DNA of 64,000 nucleotides. It comes from a virus. The stretch spans positions 63,095 through 127,094 of the IMG/VR virus record IMGVR_UViG_3300005436_000501; one strand, given 5' to 3'. Numbering within the stretch: the first letter of the stretch is position 1; every line of letters begins with the position of its first letter. A program made the translations under genes and the position numbers. Positions 45,634 through 54,577 of the stretch are shown piece by piece. The notes under the pieces are model-generated. The model saw only the letters and a list, made by a program, of their open reading frames with translations. It ran no database searches and was not told the origin of the DNA.

Positions 45634-46308
45634 CGCTTCGCCGAGGCTGATGCTCAGGCGCACCGCGGCGGACACCTTCCAGCGCCACGCGCGCCCGTGG
45701 GTGTCGCGCAGGGCGGCGATCCGGGCCAGGCGCGCCCGCTCCTGGGCGAGCGCGGCCGGGTAGGAGTTGGTGCGCCACAGCACCATGCGCCGCCACAGCT
45801 TCAGCGTCGGCCAGGGGGACAGCAGCCAGCGGGCGGCGGGGATCGGTTCGCGCAGGTTCGCGTCGCCCTTGAGCGCGGTGCGCCGCACCACGTGCCGCAT
45901 CAGTTCGACGAACATCACCCACACCGACGGCATCAGCACGTGTGCGATGCGCCCGGCCGGGTCGCCCCCTGCGGCGTAGTTGAGGGCGACGGTGCCGAAG
46001 GTCGCGCCGTACACGGTGGCGCGGGCGAGCGGGTGGCTCATGCCGAGGCGGTTGAGGACCAGGTCGACGCCGGAGAACACCAGGACGGTCAGGTCGACGA
46101 CGAGGGGTACGAGCCACGCCCAGCGGGGACCGAAGCTGGGGGTCATGCGCTCGGACACGGCGTGGAAGGACAGGGTCATGCCGGCGACGGCGATGAGGGC
46201 GGCGAGGATCCCGATGACGACGGTGACGGTGGTCCAGCCGGCGCCGAGGGGTTCGGGGTCGTTGTGTGTGTCGTGGGTGGTCATGGCCGCCTCGGTGGTC
46301 GTGGTCAT
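45169..46308 (-). CDS. DUF2637-family membrane protein (plasmid/AICE spread-type)
   Basis: LSFHAV...AWLVPLVVD...TVALN...IPAARWLLSPWPTLKLWRRMVLW; C-terminal HTH-like region. Confidence 0.75.
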   Translation of the reverse strand: MTTTTEAAMTTHDTHNDPEPLGAGWTTVTVVIGILAALIAVAGMTLSFHAVSERMTPSFGPRWAWLVPLVVDLTVLVFSGVDLVLNRLGMSHPLARATVYGATFGTVALNYAAGGDPAGRIAHVLMPSVWVMFVELMRHVVRRTALKGDANLREPIPAARWLLSPWPTLKLWRRMVLWRTNSYPAALAQERARLARIAALRDTHGRAWRWKVSAAVRLSISLGEADTPTPPAADTPADTPAVDTPRASDTPRVIRPAKPRVSAPRTAPRKPRVSRTAAATPPATGVTVPLSHADFEADLKVLDAAGPPAWAEMSNAEAVRRLDDLLPDRVASHVVALLAARGVTVDKVYVRVTRSRRRSDTPAGDTPRDADDTPERRAS

Positions 46309-46430
46309 CGTGGTCGCCTCCTTCGGGACGGTCGGGGCCGGCCGGTGGCGGCCGGGCGGGTGTGGTGGCTACTCAGTGGTCGTGGCCTGGGCGCCGGGGA
46401 AGGCGGTGCGGCCGGTGGTGGTGTGGGTGG

Positions 46431-46637
46431 TCACGGGCGCAGTCCGAGCAGTGCGAGGACTGCGTCGGTGTGCTCGGCGGCGGCTTTCGCGGCGCAGGCG
46501 CGTTCGTCGGGGTGCAGGGTGGGGTCGCGGGCTTCGCGGGTGGCGCGTTGGAAGTCGGCGTCGCGGTCGCGCAGTTCGGTTTCGGCGGCCGGGGTGAGGG
46601 GGTCGGGGGTCGGGCAGTTCTGGGGGTCGGCGGTCAT
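46431..46637 (-). CDS. Small hypothetical protein
   Basis: RBS AAGGAG. Confidence 0.5.
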   Translation of the reverse strand: MTADPQNCPTPDPLTPAAETELRDRDADFQRATREARDPTLHPDERACAAKAAAEHTDAVLALLGLRP

Positions 46638-46652
46638 GGTCAGGCTCCTTGC

Positions 46653-46991
46653 CTAGATCGCGGGAAAACCGTCGAGGGACTGTCCGTAGCCGGGAAGATC
46701 GGCTGCGGTGTCGCGGTGGCTGTTGGCCCGTGCGGCGGCGCGGGCGCGGTCGATGCCGCGGCGGGCTGTCTTCTCGTCCACGCCGAGTGCGGCGGCGAGG
46801 TTGCGGGCGGCGCGGGTGGGGCCGCCGGTGGCGAGGCTGTAGGCGAGGGCGACGTCGGCGGGGGTGTGCGGGGTGGGGTGGCCGTCGAGCAGCCGCTGTG
46901 CAACGACCTCGTCGGCGGGGCCGGCGGGGGTGTCGACGCTCAGGCCCCGGGAGACGACGGTACGGCGCGGGCGGATGTCGGTGGCGGTCAT
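46653..46991 (-). CDS. Small HTH protein
   Basis: DEVVAQRLLDG...LAAALGVDEKTARR. Confidence 0.55.
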   Translation of the reverse strand: MTATDIRPRRTVVSRGLSVDTPAGPADEVVAQRLLDGHPTPHTPADVALAYSLATGGPTRAARNLAAALGVDEKTARRGIDRARAAARANSHRDTAADLPGYGQSLDGFPAI

Positions 46992-47300
46992 AGGACGGGC
47001 GCCTTCCGGCTGGGCGCGGCGGTGATCGTGACGCGCTGCGCGAGGGCCGCGGTGTCGGTGTCGCAGCGGTCGTGCGGGGTGCCGGTCAGGCACGGCACGC
47101 ACACGCTCAGAGTGCGGGTCGGGGTCGCGGTGATCGCGGGGCTCATCGGGTCACCGCCGTCCGGGCGGGGTGTGCCTGCTCGGTGTGGTGGGTCTCGGCG
47201 CGGATCGCGGCGGACGCGGAGGCGTATCCGGCGCGCACGGTGTGGCAGCCGGGGGTGGTGCAGCGGAAGCCGGGGGTGGGGGAGTGGGGCTCGTGGATCG

Positions 47301-47777
47301 TCATCGGGCCACCGTCAGCTTGTCGGCCTCGAGGGTGGCGGTGACGAGTGCGTCGAGCGCCTCGGCGACGGTGATCATGATGTTGTGCTTGAGCACCACG
47401 AACCCGGCGAGTTCGGCCGCGCTCGGGGTCCAGCCGGTGGGGCGGGCGGGGTGGCGCAGCAGCTCGCGGGCGCAGTCCAAGGTGAGGGTGCGGGCGTGGT
47501 CGATCGCAGCCCGGGCGGCGGCGAGGCTGCGGGGCAGCCCTTCGGGCGTCGTGGTGATCCGGGCGGCGGACTCGGCGAGCGACTTGTGGTGGGCGCGGTT
47601 GGCGGCCTGTGCGCGCGCCATGCCGACGCCGAGGTCGAACACGGCCATGGCGTGGCCGGGGGCGGCGGTCTTGCGCGCGTCGCGCAGTCCCGCGGTGTAG
47701 CCGCGCAGGTAGGTCTGGTTGTCGCGCTCCAACTGCTCGGCGCTCTCGCCGGTGATGCTGGGCTGTACCTTGGTCAT
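47301..47777 (-). CDS. Hypothetical protein
   Basis: MTKVQPSI; helical; downstream of Cro-like gene. Confidence 0.5.
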   Translation of the reverse strand: MTKVQPSITGESAEQLERDNQTYLRGYTAGLRDARKTAAPGHAMAVFDLGVGMARAQAANRAHHKSLAESAARITTTPEGLPRSLAAARAAIDHARTLTLDCARELLRHPARPTGWTPSAAELAGFVVLKHNIMITVAEALDALVTATLEADKLTVAR

Positions 47778-47867
47778 CAGTGCCGACCCTTCGGACTCAA
47801 CGGACTGCGGGTTTGGTGCGAGGCCCTGCCTTGGTGTCTTCAGCACCTCGGCGGGGCCGACTGGCTT

Positions 47868-48137
47868 CTATGCGGCGGCCGGTAGAGCCGACTCCAGCTC
47901 GGCCTCGGCGCACTCGTTCTCCACGACGAACAACTCGTCGAAGGACCACTCGGGATAGGTCGCGAGGATCGCCGCGATAGTGCGGGCGCTTGGCGTCTCG
48001 TGCCCGTTGAGCAGTCGGCTCAGCGTCGGCTGGTTGATGCCGGTGGCGTCCGAGCGCTGAACGTTGGTGCGGTGTCCCGCAGTGTTGGCGACCTTTGTGA
48101 ACTGGGCCGCGTTGAGCCGGATCTTGACGGCGACCAT
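47868..48137 (-). CDS. Cro-like XRE HTH regulator
   Basis: ATGINQPTLSRLLNG..TPSARTIAAI...FDELF; RBS AAGGAG; divergent from repressor. Confidence 0.8.
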   Translation of the reverse strand: MVAVKIRLNAAQFTKVANTAGHRTNVQRSDATGINQPTLSRLLNGHETPSARTIAAILATYPEWSFDELFVVENECAEAELESALPAAA

Positions 48138-48312
48138 GCTTTCTCCTTCGTGGTGTGGGGCTCGCTTCCGAGCGTACGCGCATAGTATGCTCAACGCAAG
48201 ACAGTCTTTCCGTAGTGCAATGAACCATCGGAGGTGGCTGTGCGGCCCACCGCGGCAAGTTGTATGCCCGGCGCATATCGATCGTTGCCCGCCAGCGCGT
48301 TACAGTGCAGCC

Positions 48313-48789
48313 ATGGCCGCGCAAGACCAGGACACGGATGCCGCGTTCGTTGCATGGCTGCGGGACAGGGTCGAGGAACGCGGTTACGCCCTCGACGGTC
48401 GCGCCCGCCGTGCCGGCGGACAGTCGCTGCTGGCGGCCAAGGCCGGAGTCCCGCAGTCGGTGATCAGCCGCGCACTGAGCGGCCGGGGCAAGCCGTCGAT
48501 CGAGACGCTGATCGGTCTTGCGCACGCACTGGACACGGACGCCGCGGAGATGATGGAGCGTGCGGGTTACACGCGGCAGGCGCAGATCGTGCGCGCGGCC
48601 CGTTCGCGTGGCGGGGATGGGCTGGACGACGTACTCGACCGGATCGAGGCTTCCGGGCTGCCCGTGGGGGCGCGGCGGGAGCTTGCCAGCCAGTACCGCC
48701 GACGCTTGGCCCAGTTGGACGCGGACATTCTCGGGATGCTCGATGCCGTTCGCGCCAGCGTGGATCCGGTAGGCGCCGACAAGACCTGA
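48313..48789 (+). CDS. CI-like XRE immunity repressor, probably leaderless
   Basis: QSLLAAKAGVPQSVISRALSG..KPSIETL..LAHAL...MMERAGY; TACAGT 6 nt before ATG. Confidence 0.8.
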   Translation: MAAQDQDTDAAFVAWLRDRVEERGYALDGRARRAGGQSLLAAKAGVPQSVISRALSGRGKPSIETLIGLAHALDTDAAEMMERAGYTRQAQIVRAARSRGGDGLDDVLDRIEASGLPVGARRELASQYRRRLAQLDADILGMLDAVRASVDPVGADKT

Positions 48790-48802
48790 TTCTCCCCAGG
48801 CG

Positions 48803-49141
48803 GTGCGTGTGACCGCCCTGGACACGCAGTACGTCTCCGTGGCTGACGCCCCGTGCGGCTGGTCGGTCGCGTTCATGGTGCAGGTACTGCACGCCCACAG
48901 CCTCGAGATCGCGCAGCGCGAAGCCGACGCGCACGCGTACGGATACGCCGCCGGGCTCGAAGCGGGCCGCGCGCAGGCCGAAGCCGAGATGGACGCCTGG
49001 TGGGCCATGCTCGCCCGCCGCATCAGAGCCGACGCCGACCGGATCCGCAGGCCGATACCCGAACCTGCGGCACGCCCGCAACCGGACGACGCCATGTGGT
49101 TCACGAACGCCGAGTGGGCGAGCTGGGCGGGAACCCCGTGA
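48803..49141 (+). CDS. Hypothetical protein
   Basis: AYGYAAGLEAG; GTGA overlap with helicase; start uncertain. Confidence 0.5.
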   Translation: MRVTALDTQYVSVADAPCGWSVAFMVQVLHAHSLEIAQREADAHAYGYAAGLEAGRAQAEAEMDAWWAMLARRIRADADRIRRPIPEPAARPQPDDAMWFTNAEWASWAGTP

Positions 49142-50379
49142 CCGACATCCTGTCCGCACAACCCGGCGACGCCCAGCAGTTGCGCGACCTCGGCTGGGAC
49201 GAAGCCGACATCAGCCGCCACGCGCCCGAACCCGACGACGAACCCACCGGCGCCGACAGTTGGCGCCCCGTCGACCTCGGCCCGCTGCTCGACGGAAGCT
49301 ACAACCCGCCCGTCCCCACAATCGGCAGACGCGACGACGGCGTAGGTCTGTTCTACCCGGGCCGTATCCACGCCCTCATCAGCGAACCCGAAGCAGGCAA
49401 GACCTGGTTCGCGTGCATGGTCAGCGCCTCGGAGATCGCGCAGGGGAACGAGGTCGTGTTCATCGACTTCGAAGACTCGGCGGCGGGCATCGTGCCGCGC
49501 CTGCTCGACCTCGGCGTGCCCGCGGAGTCGATCCGCGAACGGTTCGTCTACATCCAGCCCGACGCGGCACCAGGACTGGCTGGCATGGTGAGCCTTATGG
49601 AGGCGATCACGTCGCGCACGAGCATCGTGTGGATCGACGGCGTCACCGAGGCCATGTCGCTGTACGGACTGAACCCGCAGGTCGACACCGAGGTCGCCGC
49701 GTTCGGCAAGCGCCTGATGAAGCCGATCGCCAAGACGGGCCCCGCGGTCGCGGTGCTCGACCATGTGGTCAAGAACCAGGATTCGCGCGGCCGGTGGGCC
49801 ACCGGCTCGCAGCACAAGATCTCCGGCCTGAACGGCGCGGCGTACATCCTCACGAACGTGGACCGCTTCGGCGTGGGCTTGAAGGGCCGGTCGCGTGTGT
49901 CGGTGTCCAAGGACCGTCCCGGCCAGGTCCGGCGGCACTGCGTGCGCACGGAGTCGGTGCCCGGCGGCTGGCCGTTCGGAGACATGGTCATCGACTCGCG
50001 GCCCGGCGGGGTGCTCGCCCACCTGTACCCGCCGCCCGAGCGCGCCGCGGCGGCCAGCGCGGACGACGGGCCGCGCCTGCCGCAGGAGGTGATGGAGAAG
50101 GTCTCCAGGCTCTTGGAGGACGCACCCGAGGGGCTGAGCAAGAACGCGGTCGAGACGATGCTCGGCGGTTACGTCAAGAAGGTGCGCACGGCGATCGAAC
50201 TGCTGGACCGGGCCGGCTTCATCGCTGCGAAGGCGGGTGGCGTGGGCAAGCCGACGATCTGCCATTCGGTGCGCCCGTACCGCGTCGGCGCGGACACCTC
50301 GGCTACCTCGGCTATACCTCGTCTGGACCTCGGCGCAGACGAGGCCGACCCAACCTCGGCTACCTCGGCTCCCCTTTAG
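49138..50379 (+). CDS. RecA-fold (AAA_25/RepA-like) replicative helicase
   Basis: SEPEAGKTW Walker A; VFIDFED; WIDGV; VLDHVVK...ATGSQHK; KDRPG. Confidence 0.8.
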   Translation: MTDILSAQPGDAQQLRDLGWDEADISRHAPEPDDEPTGADSWRPVDLGPLLDGSYNPPVPTIGRRDDGVGLFYPGRIHALISEPEAGKTWFACMVSASEIAQGNEVVFIDFEDSAAGIVPRLLDLGVPAESIRERFVYIQPDAAPGLAGMVSLMEAITSRTSIVWIDGVTEAMSLYGLNPQVDTEVAAFGKRLMKPIAKTGPAVAVLDHVVKNQDSRGRWATGSQHKISGLNGAAYILTNVDRFGVGLKGRSRVSVSKDRPGQVRRHCVRTESVPGGWPFGDMVIDSRPGGVLAHLYPPPERAAAASADDGPRLPQEVMEKVSRLLEDAPEGLSKNAVETMLGGYVKKVRTAIELLDRAGFIAAKAGGVGKPTICHSVRPYRVGADTSATSAIPRLDLGADEADPTSATSAPL

Positions 50380-50440
50380 GGGAGCCGAGGTACGCAGACG
50401 AGGTCGGCGCTCCCCGAAGACGAAGGCGACCTCGTCTAGA
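50296..50440. repeat. Iteron-like ACCTCG repeats with 15-bp hairpin (putative origin 1)
   Basis: ACCTCG at 50296, 50305, 50316, 50327, 50353, 50362, 50429; inverted copies; TACCTCGGCTCCCCT-TT-AGGGGAGCCGAGGTA at 50361-50392. Confidence 0.65.
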
Positions 50441-50466
50441 TCTCTCAACGACCGAAAGGACGACCC

Positions 50467-50739
50467 ATGGACGACCTGCCACGCTCGATCACCGACCACC
50501 TCGCCGGGCACCGCGACGCCGCAGCGTTCACCCGCACGATCCTGGCCAGCCAGCCCGAGCAGGCGCTCGCACTGTGGCTGGCGCTCGACGGCGACGAACG
50601 GTTCGAACTGGTCGCCGCGCTCGCCGCCCAGTCGGCCGGCTACCTGTCGATGCTGCTGGGCAGCGAGGAGGCGGCGGTCGAGGTCCTCGACTCTGTCGCG
50701 GTCAGGCTGGCGCTCAAACGCGAGACCGGAGGCGAGTGA
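50467..50739 (+). CDS. Hypothetical protein
   Basis: RBS AAAGGA. Confidence 0.55.
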   Translation: MDDLPRSITDHLAGHRDAAAFTRTILASQPEQALALWLALDGDERFELVAALAAQSAGYLSMLLGSEEAAVEVLDSVAVRLALKRETGGE

Positions 50740-50857
50740 CGCACTACGGGTGTGGCGGCCCTGTCGGCCGGCGGAATGGATTCCGGCCGAACCGCTATCC
50801 GCCGTCGAAGTGAAGTAGGTACGGTGTCGGTGGGTGGCTACTGAAGGAGTTCCGGGG

Positions 50858-51145
50858 ATGCAGGACGAACCGCGCAGCGAGCCGACGCTCGCGCAGGTGC
50901 TCGCCGCAGTCGAGGCGCTGGCCGCACAGGCCGGGCGCATCGACGGCAAGCTCGACGCGCTGAATACCGCAGTCGGCGAGATGAACGAACGCGTCGAGCA
51001 CGTCGAGGCGATGCTCGACCAGGTCGGGGAAGACGTGGTCGCGGTCAAGGTCAACCAAGGGTTCACCGACCGGCACATCGCGGACTTCCAAACCTGGGCG
51101 CGCCGCCACCAGGGCAACCCGAACGCGCACGGCACTGCGGCCTGA
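50858..51145 (+). CDS. Coiled-coil protein (paralogue A)
   Basis: SEPTLAQVLAAVEAL...RHQGNPNAHGTAA; RBS AAGGAG. Confidence 0.65.
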   Translation: MQDEPRSEPTLAQVLAAVEALAAQAGRIDGKLDALNTAVGEMNERVEHVEAMLDQVGEDVVAVKVNQGFTDRHIADFQTWARRHQGNPNAHGTAA

Positions 51146-51157
51146 GAGGGGAGCGGG

Positions 51158-51601
51158 ATGAGCGAGCCGACGATCGGCGACGTGCTGGCCGCAGTGCAGG
51201 CACTGGCAGCGAAACTCGACGCGCAGGGCGAGACCCTGGCCGGGCACGGGCTCGCACTCGAAGCACTGAACACGAAGGTCGACGCGCAGGGTGCCACGCT
51301 GACCGGGCACAGCCAGGCACTGAAAACCCTCGCGTTCAACTTCGCCGCCCGCGCCGAGCTGGACGAATCCCGCCACGCCGAGGTCACCCAGGCGCTCGAA
51401 GCGCTCGCGGACCTCGCCCACACCCACCACGCGCAACTCGCCGGGCTGCCCGAGGACATCGGCGGCGACATCCGCGCGGCCGAGGCGCGGGTCACCTCCC
51501 GGCTCGAGGACCTGCGGCGCGCGGTGCACGCGCTGAAGACCGACTTCGTGCGGCACACCAACGACCCGCACGCGCACCACCGGCACGGCAACGCGGCCTG
51601 A
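51158..51601 (+). CDS. Coiled-coil protein (paralogue B)
   Basis: SEPTIGDVLAAVQAL...RHTNDPHAHHRHGNAA. Confidence 0.65.
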   Translation: MSEPTIGDVLAAVQALAAKLDAQGETLAGHGLALEALNTKVDAQGATLTGHSQALKTLAFNFAARAELDESRHAEVTQALEALADLAHTHHAQLAGLPEDIGGDIRAAEARVTSRLEDLRRAVHALKTDFVRHTNDPHAHHRHGNAA

Positions 51602-51714
51602 CCCGGCCCGAACCCGTTCTTGCGCTCCACGCGATTCAGTACATTGGTTGTGTCCGGCGCATTCGATGATGCGGCGGTGCAGCGGCAGTGCAGTGCCTGA
51701 GGCGGGCGGCCGGA

Positions 51715-52398
51715 ATGGTTGTGGTGGAGAAGTGGACCGGTGAGCGCGCCTGCCTGCTGCAAGCCGCTCTGCGCGCCACGAACGAATCGTTCGCGCACAG
51801 GTTGGGGATCGCGGTGCGCACCGTGGCGGCCTGGCACGCGGACCCCGCACTGGTACCGCGCGGCGAGGTGCAGGCGATCCTCGACACCGCCCTGGAGCAG
51901 GCCCCGGACGCCGCGATCCAGCGGTTCGAGGCGCTGCTGTTCACCCCGCTGCCGTCCTTCAAGCCCCCGGCCACTCAGCGCGGCCACGCCCAGCCCCTGA
52001 CGGTCGCTGTGGCGGTCGTGCGCCGAGGCGACAGCGTGCTGCTCGTGTGCAGGCGCGGCGGCGAGGGCGGCGGTCTGCGGTGGCAGTTCCCCGCCGGTGT
52101 CGTGAAGCCCGGCGCGGACCCGGCCGCGGTCGCCGTCGCGGAGACCCTGGGCGAGACCGGCGTGCACGCCGCGGTCGCCCGACCACTGGGCCGACGTGTG
52201 CATCCGCTGACCGGGGTCGTGTGCGAGTACCTGCTGTGCGACTACCTGACCGGGGACGCACGCAACGCCGACGAACTGGAGAACCTGGACGTCGCGTGGG
52301 CGCCCGTCGGTAGCCTGGGCAGGTTCATCCCGCCCGAGACCGTGTATCCGCCGATCCTCGACGCCCTGGAGATGCCCCGTGACCGAGCCGACGACTGA
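51715..52398 (+). CDS. XRE-HTH + Nudix fusion protein
   Basis: WTGERACLLQAALR...FAHRLGIAVRTVAAW; WQFPAGVVKPG...AETLGETG. Confidence 0.8.
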   Translation: MVVVEKWTGERACLLQAALRATNESFAHRLGIAVRTVAAWHADPALVPRGEVQAILDTALEQAPDAAIQRFEALLFTPLPSFKPPATQRGHAQPLTVAVAVVRRGDSVLLVCRRGGEGGGLRWQFPAGVVKPGADPAAVAVAETLGETGVHAAVARPLGRRVHPLTGVVCEYLLCDYLTGDARNADELENLDVAWAPVGSLGRFIPPETVYPPILDALEMPRDRADD

Positions 52399-52798
52399 GT
52401 CCGCGGCCAAGCCGCCGATCGCCGCCGCGGTCATCGTCAAGGACGGCCGGGTGCTCATGGTGCGCCGCAGGGTCGCCGAAGGGACGCTGTCGTGGCAGTT
52501 CCCGGCCGGGGCGGTCGAGGCGGGGGAGAACGCGGCGGACGCGGCGGTGCGCGAAACCGCCGAAGAGACCGGGCTGAAGGTGTGGGCCGCAGAGTTTCTC
52601 GGGCAGAGGCTGCATCCCGCGACCGGGCGCCGCATGACGTACGTCGCGTGCGACGTCCTCGACGGGGAAGCCGTGGTCGGGGATCCCGAGGAGTTGGACG
52701 CGGTCGAGTGGGTGGACGCCGCGCGGCTGGCCGAGCTCGTGCCGCTCGGGTTCTTCGCCCCGGTGCAGGCGTACCTCGACGAGGCGCTCGCCGTCTGA
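52379..52798 (+). CDS. Nudix hydrolase
   Basis: Intact Nudix box GAVEAGENAADAAVRETAEETGL. Confidence 0.88.
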   Translation: MTEPTTESAAKPPIAAAVIVKDGRVLMVRRRVAEGTLSWQFPAGAVEAGENAADAAVRETAEETGLKVWAAEFLGQRLHPATGRRMTYVACDVLDGEAVVGDPEELDAVEWVDAARLAELVPLGFFAPVQAYLDEALAV

Positions 52799-52814
52799 GC
52801 CCGGCCGCCGGTCA

Positions 52815-53141
52815 TCATGCGGCGCCGGCCCACTGGTCGTAGACGTACAGGTACGCGCCGTGCTGCCCGGTGGGCGCCTGGTAGATGATTTTGCCGGCGG
52901 GCAGCGCCACCATGAGATCGGCGGCGATCAGCTCCGCGGCCTGCTGCGTGTCGTGGCCCGCGAGCAGGGTGATGTATGCGCCGCGGGAGCCGTCCGGATT
53001 CTCGCGCACGCTCGACGCGGTGGGCCGGTAGCCCGCCGCCCAGTCGTCGCGCTGGGTGAGCCGTGCCAAGCCTACAGCGGTCAGCCGGCCGGGGGCCTCG
53101 GCGAGCGCGAGGCGCTGCGCCGCGCGGGCGCGCCGGCTCAC
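52815..53141 (-). CDS. Hypothetical protein
   Basis: Last gene of overlapping minus-strand operon. Confidence 0.5.
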   Translation of the reverse strand: MSRRARAAQRLALAEAPGRLTAVGLARLTQRDDWAAGYRPTASSVRENPDGSRGAYITLLAGHDTQQAAELIAADLMVALPAGKIIYQAPTGQHGAYLYVYDQWAGAA

Positions 53142-53341
53142 CGCCGGTCGCCGTCCCGCCCGGGCCCGTCGCCGAGCAGCGCCCGCACGTCCGCGCTGAT
53201 CTCCCGCGCCATCTGCACCGCCGCGTCCAGTTCCAGCGCCAGCGAGTCGGCGCGCGCGGCGAGGTCGCGCACGGTGTCGGCGAGCAGCGGCTCACCGTGT
53301 TTGCGCAGGAACTGCTCGGCCTGGGTCAGCAGATCCGTCAT
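53138..53341 (-). CDS. Small coiled-coil protein
   Basis: MTDLLTQAEQFL; ATGA overlap. Confidence 0.45.
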   Translation of the reverse strand: MTDLLTQAEQFLRKHGEPLLADTVRDLAARADSLALELDAAVQMAREISADVRALLGDGPGRDGDRR

Positions 53342-53781
53342 CGGATCGCCGCCAGCATCAGCGCGGACACCAGCAGCGCCCCGTGGTGCAGCGCCTGGTC
53401 GGCAAGGTACATGCCGCTCACTCCGCCGGAGTTGAGGTCCGCGAAGCCCCGCTTGCGGGTGTGGACCAGGATCCAGCGCACCGGCCAGCGCCGGTCCAAC
53501 AGCGCGTGCGTCCCCGCGGACCACACGGTCGCGAGCACCGCACCGAGCGCGGTGATGTGCAGCGGCAGCAGCCACCACACCAGCGCCGTGAGCGCGATCA
53601 GGGTGACGTGGTAGGCGGCGACGTGCCGCAGGTTCGCCAGCCAGCCCGTAGCGCCCGGGGATGCCTTCGTTAGGGCCTGGGCGTGGGTCTGTCCGGTGAC
53701 GTGGTCGGCGAGGTTGTGCGCGACCAGCAGCAGCGGCAGTGTCGCGGCGAACGTGAGCAGGGACTGCGGATCGGCGGTCAC
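53338..53781 (-). CDS. DUF3307-like membrane protein
   Basis: AHNLADH..GQT....K....GW.AN..H...THALLDRRWP...DQALH. Confidence 0.75.
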   Translation of the reverse strand: MTADPQSLLTFAATLPLLLVAHNLADHVTGQTHAQALTKASPGATGWLANLRHVAAYHVTLIALTALVWWLLPLHITALGAVLATVWSAGTHALLDRRWPVRWILVHTRKRGFADLNSGGVSGMYLADQALHHGALLVSALMLAAIR

Positions 53782-54134
53782 CGGGTCACCTTCATCCGGT
53801 TGGGCGCGTTGATGACCAGCGCCAGGGCGGGTTCGGCGGCCGCGGTCAGGCTGGAGAAGACCCCGGTGCGCGCGTCGTCGATCAGCAGGCGGTCGTGCCC
53901 GGGGTGGGTGCGGCGCAGGTGCTCGGCGAGCAGGAAGGCGCGGTATTCGGGGTCGTCGACCTCCACGTCGGCGCGCAGTGTGCGGCAGGTGCAGGTCAGG
54001 CGTATTTCGCCCGGGGTGTGGTGGCTGATGGTCGCGACCGGCGGCGGCCCGGGCTCGATCGCGGCGGGCTTGGCGGGCACCTGCACCATGACGGGGTCGG
54101 CGCCCAGCGGTACGCGGATCGCGCAGGACGGCAT
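53778..54134 (-). CDS. Hypothetical protein with CxC...H...H motif
   Basis: MPSCAIRV; TGATG overlap. Confidence 0.45.
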   Translation of the reverse strand: MPSCAIRVPLGADPVMVQVPAKPAAIEPGPPPVATISHHTPGEIRLTCTCRTLRADVEVDDPEYRAFLLAEHLRRTHPGHDRLLIDDARTGVFSSLTAAAEPALALVINAPNRMKVTR

Positions 54135-54577
54135 CAGGCGGCCCGCCCGACGGTGGGCGCGGGCTCCGAACGGGTCGCGCGGCGGGAGCGCAACCGGTTG
54201 ACCGTGTCGGGCGCGAAACTCAGCGCCTCGGGCCGGTCCAGCAGCGAGCCCAGGATCTGGAAATACTGCGCGGCACCGAACCCGAACCGGTCGCGGACCG
54301 CAGCCTCGCACGCGTCCGCGTCGTCGAAACGCGGCGCGCGCCCGGCGAACGCGAGCACGGCGCGCTCGATGCGGGTCAGCGCGCCCAGGCGTACGACCCC
54401 GGACCCGCGCACGGCGAGCACCGCGGCCACGAAATCGGCCAGCGACGTGCCCTGGAGCCCCTTTCGCCGGTCTGTGATGTCCCGGCGCTCGAGGCGGTCG
54501 AGCCACGCGTCGTAGTACGCCCGGTCGCCCGCCGCCCGGGTGATGTCGGGCGCCTGGCGTGGTCGGCCCATCACCAT
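54134..54577 (-). CDS. DUF3263-domain protein
   Basis: LT..ERAVLAF...EAAVRDRFG..AAQYFQ.L..LLD.PEAL...P..VNRLR. Confidence 0.65.
   Translation of the reverse strand: MVMGRPRQAPDITRAAGDRAYYDAWLDRLERRDITDRRKGLQGTSLADFVAAVLAVRGSGVVRLGALTRIERAVLAFAGRAPRFDDADACEAAVRDRFGFGAAQYFQILGSLLDRPEALSFAPDTVNRLRSRRATRSEPAPTVGRAA

Noticed and set aside
47797-53295. 1832-aa minus-strand ORF
   Set aside because: Antisense shadow of real plus-strand genes, the larger of which are in codon register with it; no recognisable domains
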